Positions 1-9,648 of a DNA stretch of 64,000 nt are shown in pieces. Below the pieces are notes generated by a model. The model did no database searches. It was given only the letters and a program-made list of their open reading frames with translations, and had not been told where the DNA came from. The stretch is from assembly GCA_022601635.1 (NCBI GenBank), contig JAJACG010000009.1, positions 6,081 to 70,080 on the forward strand, written 5' to 3'. Source of the DNA: Chlamydiales bacterium (lineage in GTDB: Bacteria > Chlamydiota > Chlamydiia > Chlamydiales > JAAKFR01). A program made the position numbers and the translations under genes. Position 1 is the stretch's first letter. Every line of letters begins with the position of its first letter.

Positions 1-882
1 CAACTGTTTGCGCATGAACTCTCAATTTGCGCGATCTTCCAAAATGAAGCGCCTTTTTTGAGTGAATGGATTGACTACCATCGAGCAGTTGGGGTTGAAC
101 ACTTTTACCTCTACAATGATAGAAGCTCTGACGCTTTCTATACTCAGCTAAAACCCTATATAGAAGCGGATATTGTCGAGCTTTTTGATTGCGCCGCATC
201 AGGCCGCCACTTCTACAACCAAAGACGAGCTTACTGCCGCGGCCTCAAACAGGGAAAGGAGGACAAATGGATCGCCTTCATCGATATCGATGAATTTTTG
301 CTCCCAAAACAGCATGATTCACTACCGCAGATGTTGAAACAGTATGAGCACTGCTGGGGCGTCTCGATTCGCTGGCAAAAGTTTGGTACAAGCTATATTT
401 GGGAGCTGCCCAAGGACAAATTGATGACGCAGGTGCTCATTTGGAAGGCTGAAGCCGATTACGAAGATAACTTCATCCGCAAAAGTATTGTCCAACCCAA
501 AAAATTGCCCGCCGAGTTTTTTGACGAGGAGTATGTGCGCGAAAATACGATCGACCTTGTCCACTTTTGCCAGTGGGAAGAGTACCAGCCAGCCAAGATG
601 CGTAACCTCGGTCCACTTGCCCTCCCCTCTCCTCATGCCGCGCTAGAACTCGAGCAGGCGCAGATCAACCACTACAGGTGTCGCAACGAAAAATATTACC
701 GCGAACGCAAAACAGCACGAAAAGCGCGCCTACATGCAGAAGATTTTGGCACTCCACCCACCTGGAGTGACAGCCGTGTTGAAAAATACCTCCCCCTCTA
801 TAACCAGCAGATCGATATGGAAATCTATCGGTTCATTCCAAAACTACTCGCACTCAGAGAAAAACAGCCCTCTGGATCATAA
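1..882 (+). CDS. Glycosyltransferase family 92 / GT2-like protein, 5'-truncated by the window edge
   Basis: Frame is open from base 1 (QLFAHELSICAIFQNEAPFLSEWIDYH...). LSICAIF.NE, EWIDYH...VEHFYLYND and WIAFIDIDEF (DxD) motifs are typical of GT92/DUF23. Confidence 0.75.
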   Translation, partial: QLFAHELSICAIFQNEAPFLSEWIDYHRAVGVEHFYLYNDRSSDAFYTQLKPYIEADIVELFDCAASGRHFYNQRRAYCRGLKQGKEDKWIAFIDIDEFLLPKQHDSLPQMLKQYEHCWGVSIRWQKFGTSYIWELPKDKLMTQVLIWKAEADYEDNFIRKSIVQPKKLPAEFFDEEYVRENTIDLVHFCQWEEYQPAKMRNLGPLALPSPHAALELEQAQINHYRCRNEKYYRERKTARKARLHAEDFGTPPTWSDSRVEKYLPLYNQQIDMEIYRFIPKLLALREKQPSGS

Positions 883-2162
883 TCTTGGCACAGTTTTTCA
901 AATGCATCCCATTTAGGGAAGACACGCTGCAGCTGCTTTTTTGTGAAAAAATGCGCTTTACCGAAGTGAGGTCGGATTGAGTATTTATGAAGATAGTTCT
1001 CTAGCTCTTTGAACTCTACAGCATCTTCGTCCCACTGGAAAGAGCGTTCAAAATCGTGAAAGCAGATTGAAAAGGCGTCACGTTCATAGGCAGGGCTAAG
1101 CCAAACTGAGTCTGCCTTTACAGGACGCATCTCCAACACCATCCTATCTTTAGCAAGCGGCAGATTCGGTCTGCTCGCAAAGTAGTCTCTCATAGCAGCC
1201 AAGAAGGCGGCAAAATCCTCCTGGCAAATGGCGTAGTCACTTTGCAAAATAGCCCTTCCTGAGGCGTGCATCTCCCTCGCTTTTTTTGCCACTCGCTCAG
1301 AAGACCAGCGCAAAATCGAGATGATCTCCCAACTCCTTCCGATGCGCTGAATATGATCGGGAAAATTCTCTATCGAGTGCAGATGGGGATACTCCCCCAC
1401 CATCTCAAAGTGGCCTAGCTTGAAGGGGTAATCCACTCGATGGCCTGTCACTACTTTTATTTTGTCATGCGCTACATTCCAAAACATCTGCAACTTTTCG
1501 CAGCTAAGTAGTTCATCCATGTGAGTGATCACCTCCTCAATAGGCAGCAGCCTAATCACCTCCGCCATCATAAAAAGAGGGATGCATCTCACTGTTACCT
1601 TGGTGATCACACCACACAGCCCAAGGCTAGTCACAACGCCATGAAAAGCCTCATCCTCTTCTGATAGCTGGTGCAGCTCTCCCTTACCATCAACAAATTC
1701 AATAGCGCACACCTGCGAAGCGAGTGATCCCATGTGCGGCACCTGCCCACGCGTTCCAGTCGCAATCGCCCCAACAAAGTTCTGCTCACAGATCGATCCC
1801 ACAGTGGCAAGTGTCAGCTCACACTTCTGCAGCTCTTCACAGAGCTGCCGCACGGAGACTCCAGCTTCAAAGCTGCAGCGATTCCCCTTAATACTCAAAA
1901 TGCGATCCATCTTCTCAAGTGAGATGTAGACACCCTCACTCTTGCAGATGGGATTCAATGAATGAGTCGCTCCCAAAACGCGCACCCGTTCATGTTCTTG
2001 GATTACCTGTGCGACCTCTTCAGCTGTCTGCGGGAGATAAACCTGCATCACTTCATCAAAGAGGATACCTCCAGCTGTAAAATCTACAGGTCGCTCTTGC
2101 ATCAAAACCGATGCATACAAGTGACTGCTAACCAACAAAAAAAGTTGAATAATTCTTGACAT
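825..2162 (-). CDS. FAD-linked oxidase, sugar-lactone/alditol oxidase family (FAD_binding_4 + ALO), possible signal peptide
   Basis: RVLGATHSLN flavin-attachment His motif, GAIATGTRG, SLGLCGVITKVT, C-terminal RPHFGK; hydrophobic N-terminus. Confidence 0.75.
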   Translation of the reverse strand: MSRIIQLFLLVSSHLYASVLMQERPVDFTAGGILFDEVMQVYLPQTAEEVAQVIQEHERVRVLGATHSLNPICKSEGVYISLEKMDRILSIKGNRCSFEAGVSVRQLCEELQKCELTLATVGSICEQNFVGAIATGTRGQVPHMGSLASQVCAIEFVDGKGELHQLSEEDEAFHGVVTSLGLCGVITKVTVRCIPLFMMAEVIRLLPIEEVITHMDELLSCEKLQMFWNVAHDKIKVVTGHRVDYPFKLGHFEMVGEYPHLHSIENFPDHIQRIGRSWEIISILRWSSERVAKKAREMHASGRAILQSDYAICQEDFAAFLAAMRDYFASRPNLPLAKDRMVLEMRPVKADSVWLSPAYERDAFSICFHDFERSFQWDEDAVEFKELENYLHKYSIRPHFGKAHFFTKKQLQRVFPKWDAFEKLCQDYDPEGCFSLSASSFGMNR

Positions 2163-2195
2163 AACTCTTACAATTCTCTAACATCATCGCAATAT

Positions 2196-3083
2196 ATGAC
2201 AACCTATTTCGTAAATGGAGAGTTTTGTGAAGAGCCAAGAGTGAGCGCTCTTGACCTTGGAATTTTGCGTAGCTTCGGCGTCTTTGACTACATTCAAAGC
2301 TATGGAGGTCTGCTTTTCCATCCTCAAGATCATCTTGAACGGCTTGCCTGGTCAGCTAAGCAGATTGGTTTACAGATGCCCTACTCACGAAAAGCGCTTT
2401 TAGAGATCACTCAGGAGATCGTTGAACGCAATGAGAAGAGGGACGCCGGTATTCGCCTCGTCGTTACAGGTGGGCTTTCAAGCCATGACCATCTGCTTCC
2501 AACTGGACGCGCCTCATTGATGGTCTATTTTCATCCCAATGACCCACAGCCAGATGATGCCTACAGTGATGGGCTACGAGTTGTGACCAATCGTCATCAG
2601 CGCTTTTTGCCGACTGTCAAGACCACCAACTACCTGCCTGCTATTTTTGGCATGAGGAGTGCCAAGGAGCGCGGTTTTGATGATGCGATCTATCTCAACT
2701 CTGATGATGAGCTTTTGGAGTGCACAACGAGCAACGCCTTTTTCTTTAAAGATGGCCACTGGATCACCTCAAAAGAGGTAGTGCATGGTGTGACGCGTAA
2801 AATCTTCCTCTCACTTTTGGAGGAGCCTGTTGAGTTCCGCTCATTGAAGCTTAGTGAGTGGCCCGAGTGTGAAGAGGCCTTTTTGACTTCAAGCGTGAAG
2901 GATGCTGTTCCACTTGTACAGATTGATGATCAATCTATTGGGCAGCCAGGTGCACGCACGGCAGATCTGACTGAAAAATTTCGCAGCTATTTAGAGAGGT
3001 ATTTTGAGCATGCAGACCAAAATCGATTTGAACGACATCTTCTCCATCGATCAGGAGGGAGATTACACACTACTACGCCATAA
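2196..3083 (+). CDS. PLP-dependent aminotransferase class IV (branched-chain/D-amino-acid/ADC lyase fold)
   Basis: DLGILRSFGVFD, HLERL, KTTNY (PLP lysine), ECTTSNAFF, GVTR, EAFLTSS motifs. Confidence 0.85.
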   Translation: MTTYFVNGEFCEEPRVSALDLGILRSFGVFDYIQSYGGLLFHPQDHLERLAWSAKQIGLQMPYSRKALLEITQEIVERNEKRDAGIRLVVTGGLSSHDHLLPTGRASLMVYFHPNDPQPDDAYSDGLRVVTNRHQRFLPTVKTTNYLPAIFGMRSAKERGFDDAIYLNSDDELLECTTSNAFFFKDGHWITSKEVVHGVTRKIFLSLLEEPVEFRSLKLSEWPECEEAFLTSSVKDAVPLVQIDDQSIGQPGARTADLTEKFRSYLERYFEHADQNRFERHLLHRSGGRLHTTTP

Positions 3084-4194
3084 AAAGCCGGCACAAAAAC
3101 TTCTAGTCTATGACCCTGGTCTTTATCATACAGCTATTTGCGAAAGTCATCTCTGTCACATCGATACCTTTGATGGAAAGCTCTACTACAGAGGTGAGGC
3201 TGTTGAGACCAAGATTGAGCAGGATTATTTGGACGTCGCTTATGAGCTAATCTTTGGTGAAGTAGATGAGAAAAAAGAGCGCTTTTTAGCTGCTGCAAAG
3301 TTTGAGCTTCTTGATGAACAGAGAGCGCTTTTGGATGTCATTCCGAGGTCGACCCATCCAATGGATGTCCTTGCCATGGCGGTGACCAATTTGGGCGGTT
3401 TGGAGCACAAATATCTCGCTGATCCAGCAGATCTCGCCGAAAAAGCGGGCTTTTTGATTTCCCAGGTGGCCGTTACTGTTGCCTATAGATATGCGGGAGA
3501 ATATTGGGAAGTGGACAGCTCTTTGCCCTATGCGGAGCAGATCTTGCGCCACATGCATCGCGATAAAAAGCGTGTTGAGGAACTCGGGCGCATTTTAAAC
3601 ACCATCATGATTCTGCACGCTGAGCATGGACAAAACTGCTCAGCTGTCACCGTGCGCTGCGTGGCCAGTGCGCGAGGCAGTCTCTACACTGGTGTTGCCT
3701 CAGGTATGGCCTCCTTTAATGGAGTGATTCATGGTGGCGCTAGTCAATTTGTCTCTGCGATGTATGAGGAGCTGATTGAGAGCGGTCTTGATGTGGACAG
3801 CTATGTGAATCGGAAGTTAGAAAAGAGAGAGCTTTTGATGGGTTTTGGGCAGCGTACCTACAACCGTATTGAGGGCTGCTGGGATCCACGCGTCGAGACA
3901 ATGCACCGCATTTTGACAGATGACTCCTTCGATTTCCCTGAGGTGAAGGCGTATCGCGATGCTGCGATTGCTCTGATCGAGCGTGTCAAAGAGGAGCCCT
4001 TCTTCAAAGAGCGCAATTTGACACCCAACCCCGATCTTTTCAACTGCATCTTCTACAAGCTCTTTGAAGCACCACGTCAGATGAACACGACGATGCTCGC
4101 ATTGGGCCGCATTGCAGGCTGGATTGCCAACTTTGTGGAGCACACCGAGAAGCGCTACCCTCTCACAAGACCGGGAGACATCTCTGTCGAGTAG
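3010..4194 (+). CDS. Citrate synthase family protein (variant active site)
   Basis: GKLYYRG, HAEHGQNCS, HGGA, DPR, PNPDLF and RIAGW match the Si-citrate synthase fold; canonical GFGHR reads GFGQR. Start is TTG 3004 or ATG 3010. Confidence 0.8.
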   Translation: MQTKIDLNDIFSIDQEGDYTLLRHKKPAQKLLVYDPGLYHTAICESHLCHIDTFDGKLYYRGEAVETKIEQDYLDVAYELIFGEVDEKKERFLAAAKFELLDEQRALLDVIPRSTHPMDVLAMAVTNLGGLEHKYLADPADLAEKAGFLISQVAVTVAYRYAGEYWEVDSSLPYAEQILRHMHRDKKRVEELGRILNTIMILHAEHGQNCSAVTVRCVASARGSLYTGVASGMASFNGVIHGGASQFVSAMYEELIESGLDVDSYVNRKLEKRELLMGFGQRTYNRIEGCWDPRVETMHRILTDDSFDFPEVKAYRDAAIALIERVKEEPFFKERNLTPNPDLFNCIFYKLFEAPRQMNTTMLALGRIAGWIANFVEHTEKRYPLTRPGDISVE

Positions 4195-5264
4195 AGTCGA
4201 TCTAAAAATGCAACCGTATTGCGATGGCTGCTTAAAGGTGAGCGGCCATCGCCCCCTCTTAAAAAGTCCTCAAACTGCCATCTTCTCGCCGCCTTATTCA
4301 AGCTAGGCGAACCTCCAAAACTCTTCTCAATGACTCTTCCCCTCTCCAGGATCGTGACAGAAAATTTCTCCTCAAAGCGTCCATCAATTTTGTGGCAGGG
4401 CAAGCTCTCAATCTGCAGCGAGCTCTCCATCCCACAGTGAATCGTCACCCGTTCCTGCCGCACCTTGCCAGGCAGCTTATAGCCTCTTTTGCCTTCACGC
4501 AGTGAGAGCGAGGTGCCGCGCAGCTGCACAGAAAAAGAGGCCTCTTTACTCTTGCCCATCAAAAGACAATCTGTCTCTCGCATCAGCTCTAAATCTGGAT
4601 GCGGATTTTCCCCCAATATGCGCGTCTGCTCAGCAGGATTGATCGTCATCATCTGCACATGCACAGATGAGAGATCGATCCGCTGCGCCAATAGATCGAT
4701 GTAGTGATAGCCCGAGTGAAGCAAGATGCCGTAACCCATATGAAAGGGATGCGTCTTCAAATCGAGATATTCGTCAGGTAGATTCCAGACACCTCCACCA
4801 AAGTTGATATCAACAGAAGTGACCCGTTTATCTTGCAAGTAGCTGCGCACAAAATCATAGCCTTGATGCGCACGCCTTTCACAGGAAAGCACACACTCCG
4901 CTCCCTCCATCTTCTCAAAATCTGCCAAAAGATGTGAGCTAGCACTCACCGGCTTGTCCATAAATATAGGGATTCCCCTCTGCTTTGCCCACAAAACGTA
5001 GGGTAGATGGACAGAAGGGTCGGTAGAAATAAGACAGCAGTCAGCATCTACATCGACAATGGTTTCAATCTCCTCTGGCAGAAGATTGTAACGCATTGAC
5101 TCTGGCAAAAAACGCATAGGGACAGAGTCCCCAAAAAAAGCGCGGATCTCCTTTTCTCGGCTTTTGAGATCTACAATGAGACGGATGTCAAGCCCCTGGC
5201 GGAAGTAACGCGCCCTAAAATGGTCGCTACAGCCGAGGACAACAATAGAGTTTCTCTGCTTCAA
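4155..5264 (-). CDS. Gfo/Idh/MocA-family oxidoreductase
   Basis: ISTDPSVH...IFMDKPV (EKP-like) and GILLHSGYHYIDL motifs; overlaps pepM as last gene of the operon. Confidence 0.65.
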   Translation of the reverse strand: MKQRNSIVVLGCSDHFRARYFRQGLDIRLIVDLKSREKEIRAFFGDSVPMRFLPESMRYNLLPEEIETIVDVDADCCLISTDPSVHLPYVLWAKQRGIPIFMDKPVSASSHLLADFEKMEGAECVLSCERRAHQGYDFVRSYLQDKRVTSVDINFGGGVWNLPDEYLDLKTHPFHMGYGILLHSGYHYIDLLAQRIDLSSVHVQMMTINPAEQTRILGENPHPDLELMRETDCLLMGKSKEASFSVQLRGTSLSLREGKRGYKLPGKVRQERVTIHCGMESSLQIESLPCHKIDGRFEEKFSVTILERGRVIEKSFGGSPSLNKAARRWQFEDFLRGGDGRSPLSSHRNTVAFLDRLYSTEMSPGLVRG

Positions 5265-6060
5265 CTAGTTCCTTTTCATCGACAAGAGAAAATATCTCAT
5301 CAACCGAGGCAATGTCAAGCACGCCTCCATCTAATAGAGCTTGGCAGGTTTTTTCCATCGCGCGAATCGACGCGCGCAAAAGCTGATTGGCCCAGATTAC
5401 AACAGAGATTCCCATCTGCTCAAAATGGACACGCGGAGTGTCCATGTAGGTTGTCGGCACCACGATCAGCGGGCAGCTCCCCTCCCACCTCGAACAGAAA
5501 GCCTCTATTTCCACCGCTGTTTTTCTCTTTGAATGAACCAAGATCGCATCAGCACCAGCTGCCTCATAGGCATAAGCCCTATTGACTGCTTCTTCAAGTC
5601 CCAGGCCTGCAATAAAGGCCTCTGTTCTCGCAACAACAACAAGGCTGCTTACATCTTTTGCTGCTTTGATCTTTCCCGCAAACTCCTCAATAGGAGCAAG
5701 TTTTTGTCCATAGGGCAGAAAGGAGTTGGTTTTGGGAAAGATTTTGTCTTCCATACAGAGTCCAGCAATACCGTAGCGCTCCAACTTCTTTGCCAAAAGG
5801 CGTACCTGATTGAAGTTGCCGTAGCCTGTATCACCATCCATCAAGATGGGGAGATCTGTTGCTGCTGCCATATATTCCAGCTGATCACACACCTGCGACC
5901 AACTCAGTTCATTGCAATCTCGATGGCCACAAGAGGCTGAGAGAGTGAGCCCAGAGGCCCACAAAAGCTTAAAGCCAGCACGCTCAGCAATCTTGGCCGA
6001 GATGCCGTTATGCACCTCCATCGCGTAGCAAAGCTCATCACTCTCTAGAATCTCGCGCAT
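5227..6060 (-). CDS. pepM: Phosphoenolpyruvate mutase
   Basis: PepM signature EDKx5NS (EDKIFPKTNS), plus HNGISA, WASG, DGDTGYGN, VARTEA, GADAILVHS. Confidence 0.9.
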   Translation of the reverse strand: MREILESDELCYAMEVHNGISAKIAERAGFKLLWASGLTLSASCGHRDCNELSWSQVCDQLEYMAAATDLPILMDGDTGYGNFNQVRLLAKKLERYGIAGLCMEDKIFPKTNSFLPYGQKLAPIEEFAGKIKAAKDVSSLVVVARTEAFIAGLGLEEAVNRAYAYEAAGADAILVHSKRKTAVEIEAFCSRWEGSCPLIVVPTTYMDTPRVHFEQMGISVVIWANQLLRASIRAMEKTCQALLDGGVLDIASVDEIFSLVDEKELVEAEKLYCCPRL

Positions 6061-8159
6061 ATTTCCTCAAAGCTAGAGCTAAAAATGTCTGCACCAAGCG
6101 GCAAGAGCTTTCTTCTCACTACCTCTTTGGCCCTGGCATCAATGTGGTGCGAATCCGATTGCAAGACGCGATTGACAATGGAGAGCTCCATCCACTTTCT
6201 AAGATGGGGATGACCTGTCAAAAAGCTACGCCCATCAGGCTCTTCTGCCATACGAGGAGGAGGCGGAGTCTCTACCAACTGCTTCACACGCTCATACGCC
6301 TTGCTAAGATCAAGTGGATTGGCAAGAGAGATCTTATGCTCAAAGCGGTATTTTGCTGCTAGCTCTGCCAACCCTACAACAGCTTCTGGAGCGGCTGGGA
6401 AATTTTCTGGCCAATATTGCGCGGCCACCTGCTCAACTTCCTGTTGCATTTCGCTATCCAGCTCATGCAGATCTCTTTGGATCTCTGTATTACAGGCATC
6501 ATAGTAGTATTGAGGAACCTTAGCGCGGTTGGCTAACCGATCAGCCATATTCTCACAGTAGGCTCTAAAGCCGCCACCCAACCAGATATAGGCGCGCAAC
6601 AGTGCGTAGGCATCAAAGTAGCGAGTAAAACTCTCGCGATTCAGTTCCAACTCATTGGCCGCTGTTGAAAAGGCTTCCAGTGCCTCCCTATGCTTCTGAT
6701 TAAAGAGCTGCGCTCGCGAGCGATCAAAGTCAGAAAAGAGTCCCACATATTCAGAAAAAGGACGCAACTCAATGCAGAAAATATCATCCACCACGCGATA
6801 CGCCTGATCAAAACCTCTTCCCAAAATCTCCCCTATATAGTGCATGCGCTTCGCATTGATCTCCTGCTGAAAACCAACAATGGGATAGCTCGGAGTCTGC
6901 CGCCACGTCTTGTCATCCGCATCAAAGACAATCCCCTGAGATCTCCATGCAGGCAGAATCTGCTCCATATTGGGGAATGGACGAACTCTCGTTGGAGCAA
7001 AAAGCTCCTCCGGATGCGCATCGACAAGCTCTGGCCTGCCTTCGAAAACAGCGCGTTTTAAACCATCCACTGTCACCTCTTCGCCAGATGCCGCCCGAAG
7101 CTGCTCAAAATGCGCTGTGTCAATCCCAACAACACAAGGAATTCCCAACTCTCTAGAAAGGAGCATCGGGTGAGAAGAGGGCGCCCCCTCCTGTGTGATC
7201 AATGCACTCGCCTGACGCAGGTGCTGTGTCCAGCTATTAGTTGTCACATGTGCCAACACAATCTCTCCCGGCTGTACAGTCGCCGCCTCCTCTCTAGAAG
7301 CGATATAGCGCATCGCTCCAGATGCAACACCTGGAACTGAGAAGAGCCCACTCGCAATCGGCTCCCCTTCCGCGACGGTCTTCATGCCCACAATCTCTCT
7401 TTGAACAAGGACCCTTGCCTGCAAAATACGCAGTGTACTCTCTTGATCAATGGCAAACTCAATATCTACAGGAACTCGATAGAGCGCTTCGATCCTCTTT
7501 GCCAAGCACGCAATTTTTAAAGCCACGCCATCAAGGAAAAGTGCAGATTCACCATGGATCACCCTTTCAATAACTGTGTCATTGTGGACCACCCAACTAT
7601 CTGTAGGCACTTTGCCATCAACCACCTGCTCACCCATTCCCTCAGCACAAGCAATCTCCACAGCTGGCAGCCCATTGGAAAGAACCTGTGTGGTAATCAC
7701 GCCCGCCACCTTCGCAGCCACCGCCTCCTGAATAATCACAGCCATCTTTGGAATCGCATCGTGGCTCTCAAGTTCACCTTGCGCCCTATCAGTAAAAGCT
7801 GAGGCCCAAACAGATTTTACAGCGTCCACTACATTTTCAACATTGATATCAATTTTAGAGTCAAAGCGACCCGCATAGGAGGCCTTGGCGCTATCCTCCA
7901 CATCACAAGAGCTGCGCACAGCAAAAGAGCTGCCTCCTATTCGTCTCACAATCTCGTGGATCTTCGCAATTGTCGCCGCAGCAACCGGATTCTCCTGAAT
8001 GTAGGCGCGCTTTTCCGCAAGTGACAAACTTTGATCCATCCCATAGGTGTGCACCTCAAAGTGTGAGGCATCCAAGACATCCCAAGGAGGAATACTCGCT
8101 CCTTGAACCACTGCTATTTTTCGTAAATTCTCTGCTTTTCCACCAATACTCATACTCAA
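6045..8159 (-). CDS. PEP-synthase/PPDK-like dikinase: ATP-grasp domain, phospho-His swivel domain, unassigned C-terminal domain
   Basis: IGGKAENL, FAVRSS..ED...SYAG, GMGEQVVDG, DIEFA...ILQAR; swivel motif EGAPSSHPMLLSRELGIPCVVG. Confidence 0.75.
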   Translation of the reverse strand: MSMSIGGKAENLRKIAVVQGASIPPWDVLDASHFEVHTYGMDQSLSLAEKRAYIQENPVAAATIAKIHEIVRRIGGSSFAVRSSCDVEDSAKASYAGRFDSKIDINVENVVDAVKSVWASAFTDRAQGELESHDAIPKMAVIIQEAVAAKVAGVITTQVLSNGLPAVEIACAEGMGEQVVDGKVPTDSWVVHNDTVIERVIHGESALFLDGVALKIACLAKRIEALYRVPVDIEFAIDQESTLRILQARVLVQREIVGMKTVAEGEPIASGLFSVPGVASGAMRYIASREEAATVQPGEIVLAHVTTNSWTQHLRQASALITQEGAPSSHPMLLSRELGIPCVVGIDTAHFEQLRAASGEEVTVDGLKRAVFEGRPELVDAHPEELFAPTRVRPFPNMEQILPAWRSQGIVFDADDKTWRQTPSYPIVGFQQEINAKRMHYIGEILGRGFDQAYRVVDDIFCIELRPFSEYVGLFSDFDRSRAQLFNQKHREALEAFSTAANELELNRESFTRYFDAYALLRAYIWLGGGFRAYCENMADRLANRAKVPQYYYDACNTEIQRDLHELDSEMQQEVEQVAAQYWPENFPAAPEAVVGLAELAAKYRFEHKISLANPLDLSKAYERVKQLVETPPPPRMAEEPDGRSFLTGHPHLRKWMELSIVNRVLQSDSHHIDARAKEVVRRKLLPLGADIFSSSFEEICARF

Positions 8160-8923
8160 TACTTCTGTGATATCATGCTACTCGATTCATAACGGCCAAG
8201 CCCTTGATAGAAAAAGGCTATGGCAACCCCCAAAAAGATCAACACACCCAAATAGGAGATCCCCAAATAGTGCCACGCGTGCGTTCTCAAAAACTCAACA
8301 GGGAAAAAACTCAAATAGGCGGTCGGAAGCAGCGTCAAAGTCAACACCTTGAAAAAACCGCGATAGGCAGAGTTTGGATGCGTCGCCACAATATTGGCAT
8401 TGGAGTAGAGCTCACGCACAAAACTTTGCGAATTTTGTAAGAAAAATGCGATCGAACTGAGATAGAGATAGAGCGAAAAAATGCCAATGCTAACAAGTGG
8501 CAGCAGAAGCAAAATCCAGATCGGTGAACTCAAATAGCCGCTGATCAAGATCAAGATCATGCCATAGATCGCTTCAGCTGCAGCTGTCACATCCCCCTTT
8601 GCCAAGATCACATTGAGCAGAACATTTCGAGGCTGCGTCATGTAGTTGTCTAGCTGATGCGTCTCAATTAAAAGCGGCAGATCACGCACACCGTAAAAGA
8701 AGGTCTCAACAATACCAATGCTCATCGAGACCATGCCATACATCGATAGCATCTCAGCAAAACCCCAGCCATTAACCGATATGTAGCGGTCAAAGAAAAA
8801 GGCCCAGGTCACGACGTAGAGCCCCTGCTTCACAAAGATGAGCAGCACCTTCACCCAAAAAGAGAGACGCATGGCAAGCGAAAGCTTGATCTGCGTCGCA
8901 AAGAGAGTGCGCCAAAAGTTCAT
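8156..8923 (-). CDS. ABC-2-type exporter permease (ABC2_membrane_6-like)
   Basis: Multiple TM segments, GWGFAEM, LDNYMTQPRN, GLGRYESS. Start moved to MNFWRT (ATGA overlap with the upstream permease at 8920-8923). Confidence 0.75.
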   Translation of the reverse strand: MNFWRTLFATQIKLSLAMRLSFWVKVLLIFVKQGLYVVTWAFFFDRYISVNGWGFAEMLSMYGMVSMSIGIVETFFYGVRDLPLLIETHQLDNYMTQPRNVLLNVILAKGDVTAAAEAIYGMILILISGYLSSPIWILLLLPLVSIGIFSLYLYLSSIAFFLQNSQSFVRELYSNANIVATHPNSAYRGFFKVLTLTLLPTAYLSFFPVEFLRTHAWHYLGISYLGVLIFLGVAIAFFYQGLGRYESSSMISQKY

Positions 8924-9648
8924 CCGCCCTCCATTACCAAACGTTTTCGATAGGCGGCAAACAGTAGGCGCCCCAAGATCCAGAAAATTGCCATCCAGAG
9001 TAGCCAAAAAAGTGGCGCTACTGCTGTCACCCTTGATCCCGAAAAGAGCGCAGCTGGCCAGTAGAGAACCCAGGGATAGGGAGTGAAAAAGGCGATCTTT
9101 TGCATCCAAGCGGGATAGTCACTAAGCGGTACAATCAAACCACCAAAACAGAAGGTCGCCGTTAAATTGAAATAGAGCAGCGTCTTGATCTCACGCATCC
9201 AAAAAGAGAGCAGCCCAATCACCAAACTCATCTGCGTGTAAAGCACAAGTCCCAAGAATCCAACAAAAAAGGAGACAAAGTTGGGAGTGCCTCGCAACCA
9301 AAAAGAGAAGAGAGTGGCCGCTGCAAAGAGAATAATGTAGCGAAAAGAGGCGTTGCCCAGCGCTTCAATGGATCGAAAAGTGCAGTAATCGACGGGGCGG
9401 AGCAAAAAGTAGGCAGTCTGATTAGTGCGGATATCACTCAAGATAGTGAGAACAAGCGGCGCTGCCGAGATGATGACAGCCTCGGTCATCGCCAAGTAGC
9501 AGATGCGTGAGCTTGCTGCCTCAACGGCAACAAAGATCTGCTTGAAGAGAAGGACAACAATCACAAAGAGCAGCAGGCGGCCGCAAAGCTGCCCCTTCTC
9601 ACTAAGTTGCTGCAAAAAAGCAGCTCGTGCCGCCATCCAATATTTCAT
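8920..9648 (-). CDS. ABC-2-type exporter permease
   Basis: Hydrophobic; DIRTNQTAYFLLRPVDY and FGGLIVPL..YP motifs; ATGA-coupled to the ATPase. Confidence 0.75.
   Translation of the reverse strand: MKYWMAARAAFLQQLSEKGQLCGRLLLFVIVVLLFKQIFVAVEAASSRICYLAMTEAVIISAAPLVLTILSDIRTNQTAYFLLRPVDYCTFRSIEALGNASFRYIILFAAATLFSFWLRGTPNFVSFFVGFLGLVLYTQMSLVIGLLSFWMREIKTLLYFNLTATFCFGGLIVPLSDYPAWMQKIAFFTPYPWVLYWPAALFSGSRVTAVAPLFWLLWMAIFWILGRLLFAAYRKRLVMEGG

Noticed and set aside
3004-3083. Programmed frameshift fusing the aminotransferase and citrate synthase
   Set aside because: No clear slippery site or stimulatory structure; a simple overlap from a shifted stop codon explains it.
5227-6060. Methylisocitrate lyase (PrpB) paired with a methylcitrate synthase
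   Set aside because: The PrpB/ICL KxCGH loop is absent and the PepM-type EDKx5NS is present; no prpD is visible.
8924-9109. N-terminal extension of the second permease in the ORF track
   Set aside because: It overlaps the upstream permease by about 190 bp; the ATGA-coupled start at 8923 is more plausible.
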